A stretch of 64,000 nt of DNA from assembly GCA_016840085.1 (NCBI GenBank), contig JAEOTA010000058.1:33083-97082 (forward strand). The letters are read 5' to 3'. Below, piece after piece: positions 51,833-61,851 of this stretch. Source of the stretch: Promethearchaeota archaeon (GTDB lineage: Archaea; Asgardarchaeota; Lokiarchaeia; Sigyniarchaeales; SOKP01). The notes beneath the pieces were generated by a model. That model was not told where the DNA came from and made no database searches. It worked only from the letters and a program-made list of their open reading frames with translations. How positions within the stretch are numbered: position 1 is the first letter of the stretch; each line of letters opens with the position of its first letter. The position numbers and the translations under genes are program-made.

Positions 51833-53397
51833 TTATTAATTTCTACCATAGTAATTTTATTTATTTTAAAATGAATCTTACTAATATCTTTTTTGATCTC
51901 TCTTTCTTTTCCTGTCTGCTCCTCTATCCATTTTTCTATTTCCGGATGACTAAACTTTAAATTAAACTTAGGATAATCAATTGGTTTATTATAGAACTCT
52001 ATTTCATATCGAATATTATTATATATGAATGTACATTTTATTGGTCTTAGATATCGTATAATATCTTCTGGATATTTTTGCTCATTAGAAGGAATCTCAT
52101 CAAAAGCACTAAAAAAAATCAAGGGGGGATCAAAGAACGTGATGATATATTCTCCTTTATTCTTAGAAAGAATCGCGCGCAATTTATGATGTTTGCACTT
52201 ATCTATTACTTCAGCATCCAAATCGGTTCCTATTAACTTTAGCAATAAATCATCTAATGACTTTATTTTTTGAATTAATTTTGATTCATCCAATTTGGTA
52301 GGAATGTCTGGTTCCCATTCCAATATATTTGGAACCTCTACGGTCTCTTCTTTTTTAATTAAATGCCCCGAATCAAAAAAGAAAAATTCATCAATAAATC
52401 CTAAAAACTCTAAGATCTTTCGATACAGAAACGGTCTGAACTTCACTATAACGTCAATGGGATTTTTTCCTCTTTTTAGTTGAATCTCTGCTATATTAAG
52501 ACCATAATGAAACCTATCAATTCGGATGTCATACATGTCTTTTATCAATTCTTTGTTAGGCTTATAAGGGATCTTTTCTTCCTCAAACATTCTATATATG
52601 CGGAATTTTACTGGAGAAAATTTGAGAATTTCTGGTGATAAACTATTTTTAAGTAATCCTTTGTAGTTTCCTTTATAATTAGGATGATCAATTAACACAT
52701 CTTTTATTTCATCTATATTATCAATAAAATCGTCAGCACATTGACTTAAGGCATCAATATAGTCCTCAAATTTCTCTTTTCTAATGATATATAACTTTTT
52801 TTTATTTTTTTTGTCCCAATATCTTGAGGCAATATGTTCTAATACGTTCCACGCAATCGTACCGCTTATTTCTATCAATGGTTCTTTATAGGATGTGATA
52901 TATTCCATTATGATTGAATATAATGAATCGGATATGAGATTTTTAGATATTTCTTTAAATAAATTCCCAGCTATTTTATTAAAGGAGTAAACTCCCAACC
53001 TCCCGTGAAGATAATTCCTTTTTTTTTTTAAATCTGGTTCTTCAAATGGTTTAATTGAGGCCTCAACAAGCGATAAATTACCTTCCTCATGCTTAAAGTG
53101 ATAAAACTCTTCTAAATATAAAGGATTTAAAATAAGGATTATTAACATCGAGATTGCTTTCTTTGCAAGATTCTCTAATTCTTCTCTGTCTATTGGATTT
53201 TCATGCTGTATTAATAAAAAAGAAAAAGAATCTGGATTAAAGTCAATATAAGTTAGATTGGATTCAATTTCATCTCTCATGTTATCAGAGTTAGGAACTA
53301 TGCAAATATTATCATTAATAATTACAGGATAATATAATTCCAAGCATGAAATTCTAAAAAGATAATTATGTGCTTTCATTTTAAAACAAGTTCTCAT
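51829..53397 (-). CDS. Probable HEPN-domain (ApeA-like) protein
   Basis: AWNVLEHIA helix followed by RIDRFH (Rx4H, R292-H297). 4-bp overlap with the downstream gene. Confidence 0.55.
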   Translation of the reverse strand: MRTCFKMKAHNYLFRISCLELYYPVIINDNICIVPNSDNMRDEIESNLTYIDFNPDSFSFLLIQHENPIDREELENLAKKAISMLIILILNPLYLEEFYHFKHEEGNLSLVEASIKPFEEPDLKKKRNYLHGRLGVYSFNKIAGNLFKEISKNLISDSLYSIIMEYITSYKEPLIEISGTIAWNVLEHIASRYWDKKNKKKLYIIRKEKFEDYIDALSQCADDFIDNIDEIKDVLIDHPNYKGNYKGLLKNSLSPEILKFSPVKFRIYRMFEEEKIPYKPNKELIKDMYDIRIDRFHYGLNIAEIQLKRGKNPIDVIVKFRPFLYRKILEFLGFIDEFFFFDSGHLIKKEETVEVPNILEWEPDIPTKLDESKLIQKIKSLDDLLLKLIGTDLDAEVIDKCKHHKLRAILSKNKGEYIITFFDPPLIFFSAFDEIPSNEQKYPEDIIRYLRPIKCTFIYNNIRYEIEFYNKPIDYPKFNLKFSHPEIEKWIEEQTGKEREIKKDISKIHFKINKITMVEINK

Positions 53398-54372
53398 ATT
53401 TTTGTCTTAATTAAAATATAAAATATTTAATATTATAAACATGATCAATGGGGATTCATGGTATTAATATTCATGAAATTATAGATCTAATTTCAGAGGA
53501 TCCAACCCTCCTGAGTACGGGGAATAATATTATCTAGTTATATATAAAGAGTTTAACGACACAAACAAATATTTGGTAATGTTTATGAATTTCCCGACTG
53601 GCTCACTAATTGGAAAGGAAGTACTTAAAGACTATTCTGGTCTCTTTAGAGACGGAATTTATGGATATGAATTATCAATTTTAATAGATATTACCGCTAC
53701 ATTTTTCATTATATTTGTTTATATATATAATAGACAGATAAAGAATAATTATTAAAATTGCTAATGGGCTGTCTGTAGGAATAATTATAGTGTGAGTTAT
53801 CCATTCAATCTGCCTTGTTTTCTCAGGAATCATGTCTTTTTTGTGGGTGTATCTTAAAGGCAAATATCTACGAAAACTACTTCTTATAAGTGTCTTGCTC
53901 TTATTCTCCACCAGATTCTTATTTTCCAGCCTATCTGTTAATTTCATTACATACTTTATCTCTTGGTAAATATGAATTTAGTATATATTATATTGTTTTA
54001 AAAAAAAACTTATAAATAACTGATATATGCTTTTTGAATACATAACCCTAATAATTAGATTAATTATAGAGAAATTTTGAGTACTGAATTAGTTCAGTTT
54101 TTTTTTTCGATTACATCACTATCTGAAGAAAAGACTATTGCGACAGATAATACTTCATTAGGATCATTGCCTAATTGTTTGGAGGGCATTGCATCCAAAA
54201 ACATCAAAAAGATATCATTTGAACTCATAAAAATTCAACTCTATACTCATCTTTTAAATTAAGGATGTTTCCTACCTTATAAAATTGTGGACTTCATTCA
54301 CAAAAGTAAACAGAAAAAACTGAAAATAAACTATTGCCACGAAAATTAACTTAATTATCTGAGAAAATTGTT

Positions 54373-54873
54373 TTAAAAGAAATAATCAATTTTTAACTGC
54401 TTACTTTTTGAGAATTTCGACTTCTCACTAATGTTTCTTAAACTTTTTTGTAAGATTCTATTAATATATCGTTTAGAAGAGTATGATTTTTTTCTTTTTA
54501 TTTCTCTTATAGTATTTTTTAAAATAGTTTCTGGAGTTAAAGTCTCTAGTATGAAAATATAGTACAATTCTTTCCAACTTATTTGAAAATTCCTACATTC
54601 GCCAAGGTTTTCTAATAGATTCGAGAAAATCTTTAAGAAAAAGTAAATGGCTAATAAATTATTATTATTAAATTCTTCATTTATATTCATTTTAAGATTT
54701 TGAAAATACTCCTTCTCTTCTTTAATTAAACGCAATATCGAATTTCTATCTAATCGCTTATAATTCTTTATTTGCGTTTTCAAAAAGTCAAATTGCTCAT
54801 ATAAGTCCTTTAAATGGTTATTCTTCTCTATAATATGCATTTTTCTTAAAATCATAGAATAAAGGTTAATCAT
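54373..54873 (-). CDS. Hypothetical protein
   Basis: 166-aa ORF divergent from the SMC-like operon. Ends QLKIDYFF. Confidence 0.5.
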   Translation of the reverse strand: MINLYSMILRKMHIIEKNNHLKDLYEQFDFLKTQIKNYKRLDRNSILRLIKEEKEYFQNLKMNINEEFNNNNLLAIYFFLKIFSNLLENLGECRNFQISWKELYYIFILETLTPETILKNTIREIKRKKSYSSKRYINRILQKSLRNISEKSKFSKSKQLKIDYFF

Positions 54874-55043
54874 TCTATGATAACTAATAAAAAATCCTTT
54901 ATTATTAATAGAATATTATTAAGACCAAGAAATCTAAAATTACACCATTTATTCAAATTTCGACAAAATTTACTGGGTTATTATTACCTTAAAAAATATC
55001 TAATAGCAAAGATTTAAAAGAGTGTGTAAACATACTTTTTATA

Positions 55044-56177
55044 TTGCAAACACGAAGATCTATGTTCGCAAATAAAAATTTATGTAAAACAACTTTTATT
55101 AAGGTGGTCACTATAATGAGTATGATAAAAGAAAATAGTGAAATTGAAATGTCCGAAATTAAAAAATGCCCTGGTTGTAATCTCAGAAAAAGGAACTTAT
55201 ATACTTGGTATGACTCTATTTCAAATATTAACCTTGAATTGTGCGAAGATTGTATTTTTTTGAGGGAATTTGAAATTGAATTAACTTCTGATTTGGAAGA
55301 TAAAGATAATCAAAGAGTTTTAATTGATTATGAAGCATTCAATTATCAGAAAAAAACTGCTTTCCCTTATAGATGGTTGGAAAATTATATACTAAAAGCT
55401 TATTTAGACAAAAAGAAAGTAATAATTCTGGATGATCTTCTCGATGAATGGACTTATAAAGAAGTTGATTTAGAAGAAGATATTATTCCTAAATTTGTAG
55501 AGTGGAATCTATTAACCACACCAGAAAATAAGGAAATTGATGGTAGCGAGAAAAAAATTATGAAACTTGGTGGTTTTATAGATAACTTAATGAAAAATCA
55601 TCTTAAAAACACATTAGAAACAGGACGATTCGAAAGTATCGGTAAAATTTTGAGATTAATTGATGGTAGGATTGGTTTTGGAATTGAGGCTAGAACTACT
55701 TTTAAGGATACAGTAAGAAGAAAATTAATGAAATTAGCATTAAAATATGGTTATGATAGAGATAATGGAAAAATAAAAGAAATTTCCAAAGTCATTGAGA
55801 CTACTAGCTATAGATGTAATCTTTGTAATGAATTAACTGATTTTCGCTATAAACTATACGAACACTTTGAATCAGCTCACCAAGAAATAAAGAAAGAAGA
55901 ATATGATAATTATGTAATACCTATTGAAGAATTGAAAGGATTAAAAATACCTCGTGAAAAAGTCGCTGAATTGGACGAAATGAAGACATATGGAAGTTCA
56001 TGGAGATCAAAATTAGTTGAACTATTTAAACGAGATGCATTTTTTGTTGATTCAGAAATATCTCATAATGAATCTGTTATGGTAATTTCAGCACCATGGG
56101 CAAACGTTCTTGAAAAGGTTAATGAGAAAGTAAAAAATCGTATAAAAGTAAAAGAAAAAGTAAAAACAACAAATTAA
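55044..56177 (+). CDS. Zn-finger protein (C4 + C2H2) of unknown function
   Basis: CPGC...CEDC and CNLC-x12-HFESAH. True start probably ~55116 (AGGTGG RBS). Confidence 0.7.
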   Translation: MQTRRSMFANKNLCKTTFIKVVTIMSMIKENSEIEMSEIKKCPGCNLRKRNLYTWYDSISNINLELCEDCIFLREFEIELTSDLEDKDNQRVLIDYEAFNYQKKTAFPYRWLENYILKAYLDKKKVIILDDLLDEWTYKEVDLEEDIIPKFVEWNLLTTPENKEIDGSEKKIMKLGGFIDNLMKNHLKNTLETGRFESIGKILRLIDGRIGFGIEARTTFKDTVRRKLMKLALKYGYDRDNGKIKEISKVIETTSYRCNLCNELTDFRYKLYEHFESAHQEIKKEEYDNYVIPIEELKGLKIPREKVAELDEMKTYGSSWRSKLVELFKRDAFFVDSEISHNESVMVISAPWANVLEKVNEKVKNRIKVKEKVKTTN

Positions 56178-56238
56178 TTTTTTTTTTATTTAAGAAATTT
56201 CAAATAAATTAGTATTTGGTAAAACTTAAGGTAATTAA

Positions 56239-56970
56239 ATGTCAATAAAAATAGTAGGTAAATGGTATATTAAGACTTTTAATAAAGTTACTAAAATTAT
56301 AAAATATCAGCATAACAATTTAATAAAAAATGGGATAAAAGGCTTTCTTTTTCATGGTGTTCCTGGTACAGGAAAAACAACATTAGCAATAGAAATTGGA
56401 AGATATGTTGCTCTAAATTTCGGAGGAATAAGTAATCCGAAAGATTATAATAAGTATTATCAGATATTAGATTGTTCTACATTAGCTCATGCTAGATATG
56501 GCGAAACAGAAGCTCATATTCATAAAGTTTTTGTTGATGCTATTAATTCAAAAAATCAAGGAATTGACTTTAGTGTATTAATTTTTGATGATGCAGATGG
56601 ATTATTCATTACTCGAGATTATGGAAATAAGCTTGAAGCATGGTATATCGGACAAATTAATGTTTTTTTCCATGAATTAGATAATCTTGATACCTCAGAA
56701 ATATGTGTAATTTTAACTACAAATCGGTTAGATTTAATGGATAAAGCAGTCATTGATCGAATCTATTCTATTGAATTTCCACAAGTTCCTATTGATATTT
56801 TGTGTGAAAAACTAAAACAAATGGGTTTTGATTTGAACTTTAACTCAGGAGAAATAAAAAAGTTAGAAGATGAAATTAAAAATAACCCTATTAAATATAA
56901 GACCTTCAGGGATGTTGAAAAAAAAGTCTATGATTATTATATAACTAATATTATAGAAGATGATTGGTAA
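56239..56970 (+). CDS. Single-domain classical AAA+ ATPase
   Basis: GVPGTGKT, pore loop RYGETE, Walker B IFDDAD, sensor 1 TTN, SRH MDKAVIDR. Confidence 0.88.
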   Translation: MSIKIVGKWYIKTFNKVTKIIKYQHNNLIKNGIKGFLFHGVPGTGKTTLAIEIGRYVALNFGGISNPKDYNKYYQILDCSTLAHARYGETEAHIHKVFVDAINSKNQGIDFSVLIFDDADGLFITRDYGNKLEAWYIGQINVFFHELDNLDTSEICVILTTNRLDLMDKAVIDRIYSIEFPQVPIDILCEKLKQMGFDLNFNSGEIKKLEDEIKNNPIKYKTFRDVEKKVYDYYITNIIEDDW

Positions 56971-57335
56971 TGACATTAAATTTTTCTAATTGGGAAGGAA
57001 TTTTGATTGAACCACTAAGGTTTAATGAATATGATAAAAAATTTTTGAAAGAATTGAAAAATGAATTTGAAAAAGATATAATTATTCTAAATGAAACAAA
57101 AGGAAGGGGAGGTAAAATCTATTATCAGTGGATTAAGATCAATATATCGGTTAATGGTCTTAAAGCATTATTAAAAACTATTGAAAATTTTGGAGAGTAT
57201 CTAACAATATATAAAATTAACCATCACTTAAAGTCAAATTTTCCTAAACCTTTTTTAGAACTATTAGTTCTATATAATAATGTATCTGAAGGAGATTTAA
57301 ATTATATGTTAGAGGATTTAATTAAAAATGAATGA
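56964..57335 (+). CDS. Hypothetical protein
   Basis: Overlaps the AAA gene stop (TAATG, start probably 56970) and the next ORF. Confidence 0.65.
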   Translation: MVMTLNFSNWEGILIEPLRFNEYDKKFLKELKNEFEKDIIILNETKGRGGKIYYQWIKINISVNGLKALLKTIENFGEYLTIYKINHHLKSNFPKPFLELLVLYNNVSEGDLNYMLEDLIKNE

Positions 57336-57477
57336 TTTGAATGAAGATCAAATTGATATTGATTTTAAGAAATTAGATGCAGAAATATTAAGTATGTTTC
57401 AAAATAAAAAAAAATTCCCTATGGATAAGCTTGAATCCTATCTTAAAAAGGTGATTGACGATGCCATTGAAGATTGA
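57328..57477 (+). CDS. Small acidic protein (49 aa, not in ORF track)
   Basis: MNDLNEDQIDIDFKKLDAEILSMFQNKKKFPMDKLESYLKKVIDDAIED fills the gap exactly and overlaps both neighbours. Confidence 0.6.
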   Translation: MNDLNEDQIDIDFKKLDAEILSMFQNKKKFPMDKLESYLKKVIDDAIED

Positions 57478-59353
57478 ATTGTTAAATATAGGTGGATTGA
57501 GAGGAAAACATGAATTCAACTTTAAAGAAGGATTGAATCTCCTCCAAGCTCCAAATGCCACAGGTAAATCAAGTCTTTTAAAATCAATTTTTTTAATAAT
57601 AGGTAATGAAAGTATATCTAAATCAGAATTAGATGGATTTTTAACTGATAATGAAGTAAGTGGTTATGTTAGGTTAGTTGATGAAAAAGGTAAAAAATCT
57701 GAAGTAAAATTAATCAGAGATATTTCAAAAGGAATCCAATTAACTAAAACAGACATACAGCCTGAATTTATTACGGACTTATTTTATGATCTAATTTTCT
57801 TGCGAGAAAATTCAAAAATTAATCAATCTATTCAAACTGCTAATGATATAATGATTGAAAATTGGTTTTTAGATATAACTAATGTGAATATTTTTCATAC
57901 TGTTTTTGTTAAATCTCAAGAGATTCTTCACAATATTGAGGATAAACTTGATGACCTAAAACAAAAACAAAATCAAGATATTAAACCAATTAAGGATTTA
58001 GTTAATGAAAAAAAGGATATATTGATAAAAAACCAAAAAAGAAAGCAGGAAATTATTAGTGATCCTAAAATTAAGAAGAGTGAGCGTTTATCTAAAGAGC
58101 TACCGAAAGAAATTAAACAATTAGAAGAAACCAAAAAGAAATTAAATAACGAAATATTAGAGATAAAAAACCATACAAGACCCAAGCTTCTTAAAGATTA
58201 TGAAGAATTAGATGAAGAAATCAAAAACCTAGATAATGAATTAAAAAACATAGAGTCAGAGCGAGAAATCCTTCAAATTGAAAGGAAAGAGTGGGAAGAT
58301 AAATTATTAAAGAAAGATAATAAAATTACTAAAGTTAAAAATGAAATTAAAAATTTAGCTAATGATAAAAGAGAAAAATCATATAACATCGATAGATTAG
58401 GAAAATTAAAAGATAGATCGATATGTCCTCTATGTGAAAGTGATATTGATAAGATAAAAAATGCTCAAATGCTAAATGATAATGAAAAAGAATTAAAAAG
58501 CATTCTTGAGAAAGAATTAAAATTAGAAAGAAGTAAAAAAACAACAGAAAATGAAAAGAAGATCGCACAAAATAAAGTTAAAGAATTAGAACACACAATA
58601 AAATACCTTCCAGAAGAAATTAGTAATAATATAGATAAATTCATGAAACAATTTCAAGAAGTAGATAAATCTGTAAAAAAATTAAAAGAAAGTGAAGACA
58701 AATTAGAAGAAGAGTTAAAAGAAACAGAAAAAAGTATCTTTGAAAAAGAAGAAGAGCTTAAGAAAAATCTAAATCCTGAATTGAAAAAAGAAATTGATAA
58801 ATTAAATAATTCTATAACGGATTTAAATTTAGAAATAACACGATTAGAATTAAAGATTAATGAATACATGGAGAACAATTTGGAATTATTAAAAGCAGAA
58901 AAACGCTATTTTGTAGCAGAAAAAATCACAGATTATTACCAAAACAGAGTTGAAAGAATAAGGAAAGAAATGGTAAGAAATATTAATAACAATTTAGAAG
59001 AATATTTTAAATTACTGGAATTAGCTGAACTTCAGAGAATTACTCTTGATCCTGAACATTTTAAATTAGATATACAAAGAATAGATAAAAGTTATACCAA
59101 TCTTAAAAAAATGAGTGCTGCAGAAAGAGCTTTAATTTCAATAATTATTAGTTTTATTGTAAAACAAACAATAATTCCTGAAATTCCAATTTTTTTAATT
59201 GATGAGGTTACTTCAGAAATGGATGATACTAGATTTAAAGACATTCTTAATTTTCTTTCTAATGAGATTCCTTATCTAATAGTGGCAAGACATTCACCAT
59301 TTAATCGTACGAAACAGCTTTTAACTTCACAAGAGATCATCAACATTATATAA
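57461..59353 (+). CDS. SMC/Rad50-like ATPase with zinc hook (archaea-specific SMC-related type)
   Basis: NIGGL, Walker A APNATGKSS, long coiled coil with central CPLC, signature MSAAER, Walker B FLIDE, D-loop MDD. AAGGTGA RBS before ATG 57461. Confidence 0.85.
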   Translation: MPLKIELLNIGGLRGKHEFNFKEGLNLLQAPNATGKSSLLKSIFLIIGNESISKSELDGFLTDNEVSGYVRLVDEKGKKSEVKLIRDISKGIQLTKTDIQPEFITDLFYDLIFLRENSKINQSIQTANDIMIENWFLDITNVNIFHTVFVKSQEILHNIEDKLDDLKQKQNQDIKPIKDLVNEKKDILIKNQKRKQEIISDPKIKKSERLSKELPKEIKQLEETKKKLNNEILEIKNHTRPKLLKDYEELDEEIKNLDNELKNIESEREILQIERKEWEDKLLKKDNKITKVKNEIKNLANDKREKSYNIDRLGKLKDRSICPLCESDIDKIKNAQMLNDNEKELKSILEKELKLERSKKTTENEKKIAQNKVKELEHTIKYLPEEISNNIDKFMKQFQEVDKSVKKLKESEDKLEEELKETEKSIFEKEEELKKNLNPELKKEIDKLNNSITDLNLEITRLELKINEYMENNLELLKAEKRYFVAEKITDYYQNRVERIRKEMVRNINNNLEEYFKLLELAELQRITLDPEHFKLDIQRIDKSYTNLKKMSAAERALISIIISFIVKQTIIPEIPIFLIDEVTSEMDDTRFKDILNFLSNEIPYLIVARHSPFNRTKQLLTSQEIINII

Positions 59354-59412
59354 CCTTTTTTTTATGTATTCTTTAGATTTAAAAAAATCCTTAAAATTAA
59401 TAAAGTGAAGGA

Positions 59413-61851
59413 TTGTTGAAAGATTTCTCTCAATACAAATTAGCAGACCTTTTAAATGAATTTAACGAAGAACCAGAAACAATCTTTAGATTCTCAATTT
59501 TTCCAAAAAATAATTTATGTGTAAAAATTCGCCCTATAGAAGAGGATCCATTTGAAATTCTTCTTTTTGAAAAAAAATCTTATAAGTTATTAAGAAAATT
59601 AAAAATCAATGAAAATTATCTTCAAGATTTATGTCCAAATAACAACGCTATAAATATAACTACAGGCAAAAAAGAAAATGAATTAATTATTTTTTTTTCT
59701 AACGGTAAAATATATACAACTACAATTGTAGTTGATTTAAAAGAAGATACAATACATTTTGAAGAAACTCATGAAGTTATTCATCTTTCAAAATATAAAG
59801 ATATATTTTTAAATTCTCATCTTTTTTATCCACTTTATTATAAAAATTCATTAATAGGAATAATTATTTCAAATGACATAAGCAAAGAGTTTGATGCTTA
59901 TTGGGTCTTTTTGTTTGAAAAAAATAAAATATTTGAAATTCCAATAAATGCGGATTATATTAAGGTTTTTTTTCCTGAGTATAATGGACATTCATTGATT
60001 GTAGCGATAGATAGAAAATCTATTATATTATTTCAGATAGATACCTACGAGGATTTTAACCTTGAAAATATTGTTTTTGAAATCCCTTTAGATATTAATC
60101 TTTGTGACCCTATTTTTGATATTTCACTTCATTTCCAAGTTCTTTCCATATGGACTTTTAATAAAATTTATCGTTATTCATTGGAATATGGACAAAAAAT
60201 TGATTGTATAAATTTTAACGGTGAAATTGAGGATATTATAACATATTCAAACCAAAAATTTGTATTGCTTATTAATAATAAAGAACTCTTTCGAGTTGAT
60301 TTATCTACAAATTTTACTTATAAACCAGTATTATTAGATTCTGATTATAAGCCATTAAAAACTAAATTTAATGGTGAAACTAAGGTATTTAATCTAATAG
60401 ATAATTATGTATTTTTTATACAAGATAATGATAATTATTATTATTTTAGATATTTTGAAGATAGAAAACCTGTTTATATAATAAATAAGAAAAAAAAAAT
60501 AAAGAAGAATTTTTTTGATCTTTTAGAAGGAAGTCCAGTAGAAATTCAACAAAAATATAAATCTATTCTTTCAAGTAGAATAAAAATGCTTGAAATTGAA
60601 ATGCAAAACCTTACTGCTCATTCTTGCAGAATATATACACCAAAAAAATATTTTGATAAGAAAATAGATGATTATATTCTTGAACATTTGTATGTGGATA
60701 AAAACTTTTCAGGTATAGCAGAAGCATTTAATATGAATGAAACAAGCGTCTTTATTCATGTAAAAGACAATTTTGGTTTACCAAGATGCCAAGAACATAG
60801 ATCATATAATCAGGAATGTAGTGAATGTATCCAAAAATTAACTATTTGGAAAGAAACTGGATATAAAATAATTGAATCAAAAGTTTACAGAAAACCAACA
60901 ATAAATCATGAAATTATTGTCTCTTCAAATAAAATTTTAAGAGAATTTAGGTTATCAGTTTATAAAAGATCTCTAAGACTGGGATTTTTGTTTTTATTAG
61001 ATATACAAAAAAATATTGAAATACCAGAAGATTATTTTGAGGAAGTATTTAGAATTTTTTCATCATGCAATAAAGAAAATTTACTAAAGGGGCGTGGAAT
61101 TAATGATTTTGTCGCAGCTTCTGTTATTCTTGTTTTTCATATAAAGAAAAAACCAATTCCTATAGATTATTTTGTTAAGACATTAAAAATTAAAAAAAAA
61201 CGATTATATAACTGTATCAAACTAATAAGAAATGAAATCTTACCTAAATTAGATTTAATAGTATCAAATTATGACCCGAAGTTTTATCTTGAGAATTTTG
61301 TGAAGAACTTAAACTTATCAAACGATGTTAGTAATAACGCTGAAAAGATTCTTGAAATAGCTAAACAAAAAAGTTCTGATATTCAAGGAAAAGATCCTAG
61401 AGGATTTGCAGCAGGAGCTATTTATATTGCTTCAAATATATTAGGTGAAAGAAAGACTCAACAGGAGATTTGTAATATCTCACACATCTCAGCAGTAACA
61501 TTAAGAAAAAGAGCAAAAGAACTACGGCGGTGTGTAGGTATGATAGTTCCTCAAAAGAATAAAAAATTTAATTCACTAGAAAAATCTATTATTAAAGGGA
61601 ATCAGTCTTTATGTAATAATAACAACCTTAAATCGAGACAAAAACACTTTTTCTTTATTGCTGATAAAGAGATATTGGATGTTTTATCAAAAGAGTCTTT
61701 AACTTGTAAAGAAATTCACTTAAAATTGAATATCAAGAATCAATATGAAAAAGCCTATTTAGAAAATAAATTAAACGAATTAGAAAAGAATAAAGAAATT
61801 ACTTCTTTTATTACTCTTGAAGGTATAAAATTTTATCGAAAAATAAGATAG
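59413..61851 (+). CDS. Large fusion protein with TFIIB/TFB cyclin repeats
   Basis: KGRGINDFVAAS and QGKDPRGFAAGAIYIAS...KTQQEI...SAVTLRKRAKEL. Also a beta-rich N-terminal ~350 aa, CQEH..CSEC and a C-terminal wHTH-like segment. Confidence 0.8.
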   Translation: MLKDFSQYKLADLLNEFNEEPETIFRFSIFPKNNLCVKIRPIEEDPFEILLFEKKSYKLLRKLKINENYLQDLCPNNNAINITTGKKENELIIFFSNGKIYTTTIVVDLKEDTIHFEETHEVIHLSKYKDIFLNSHLFYPLYYKNSLIGIIISNDISKEFDAYWVFLFEKNKIFEIPINADYIKVFFPEYNGHSLIVAIDRKSIILFQIDTYEDFNLENIVFEIPLDINLCDPIFDISLHFQVLSIWTFNKIYRYSLEYGQKIDCINFNGEIEDIITYSNQKFVLLINNKELFRVDLSTNFTYKPVLLDSDYKPLKTKFNGETKVFNLIDNYVFFIQDNDNYYYFRYFEDRKPVYIINKKKKIKKNFFDLLEGSPVEIQQKYKSILSSRIKMLEIEMQNLTAHSCRIYTPKKYFDKKIDDYILEHLYVDKNFSGIAEAFNMNETSVFIHVKDNFGLPRCQEHRSYNQECSECIQKLTIWKETGYKIIESKVYRKPTINHEIIVSSNKILREFRLSVYKRSLRLGFLFLLDIQKNIEIPEDYFEEVFRIFSSCNKENLLKGRGINDFVAASVILVFHIKKKPIPIDYFVKTLKIKKKRLYNCIKLIRNEILPKLDLIVSNYDPKFYLENFVKNLNLSNDVSNNAEKILEIAKQKSSDIQGKDPRGFAAGAIYIASNILGERKTQQEICNISHISAVTLRKRAKELRRCVGMIVPQKNKKFNSLEKSIIKGNQSLCNNNNLKSRQKHFFFIADKEILDVLSKESLTCKEIHLKLNIKNQYEKAYLENKLNELEKNKEITSFITLEGIKFYRKIR

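Noticed and set aside
53573-54262. Short ORFs 53573-53755, 53681-53947, 54077-54262
   Set aside because: Short, overlapping and motif-free. Probably gene debris.
57461-59353. Canonical Rad50 or condensin Smc
   Set aside because: Too short, atypical Walker A and signature, no hinge, and no mre11/herA/nurA or scpAB neighbours.
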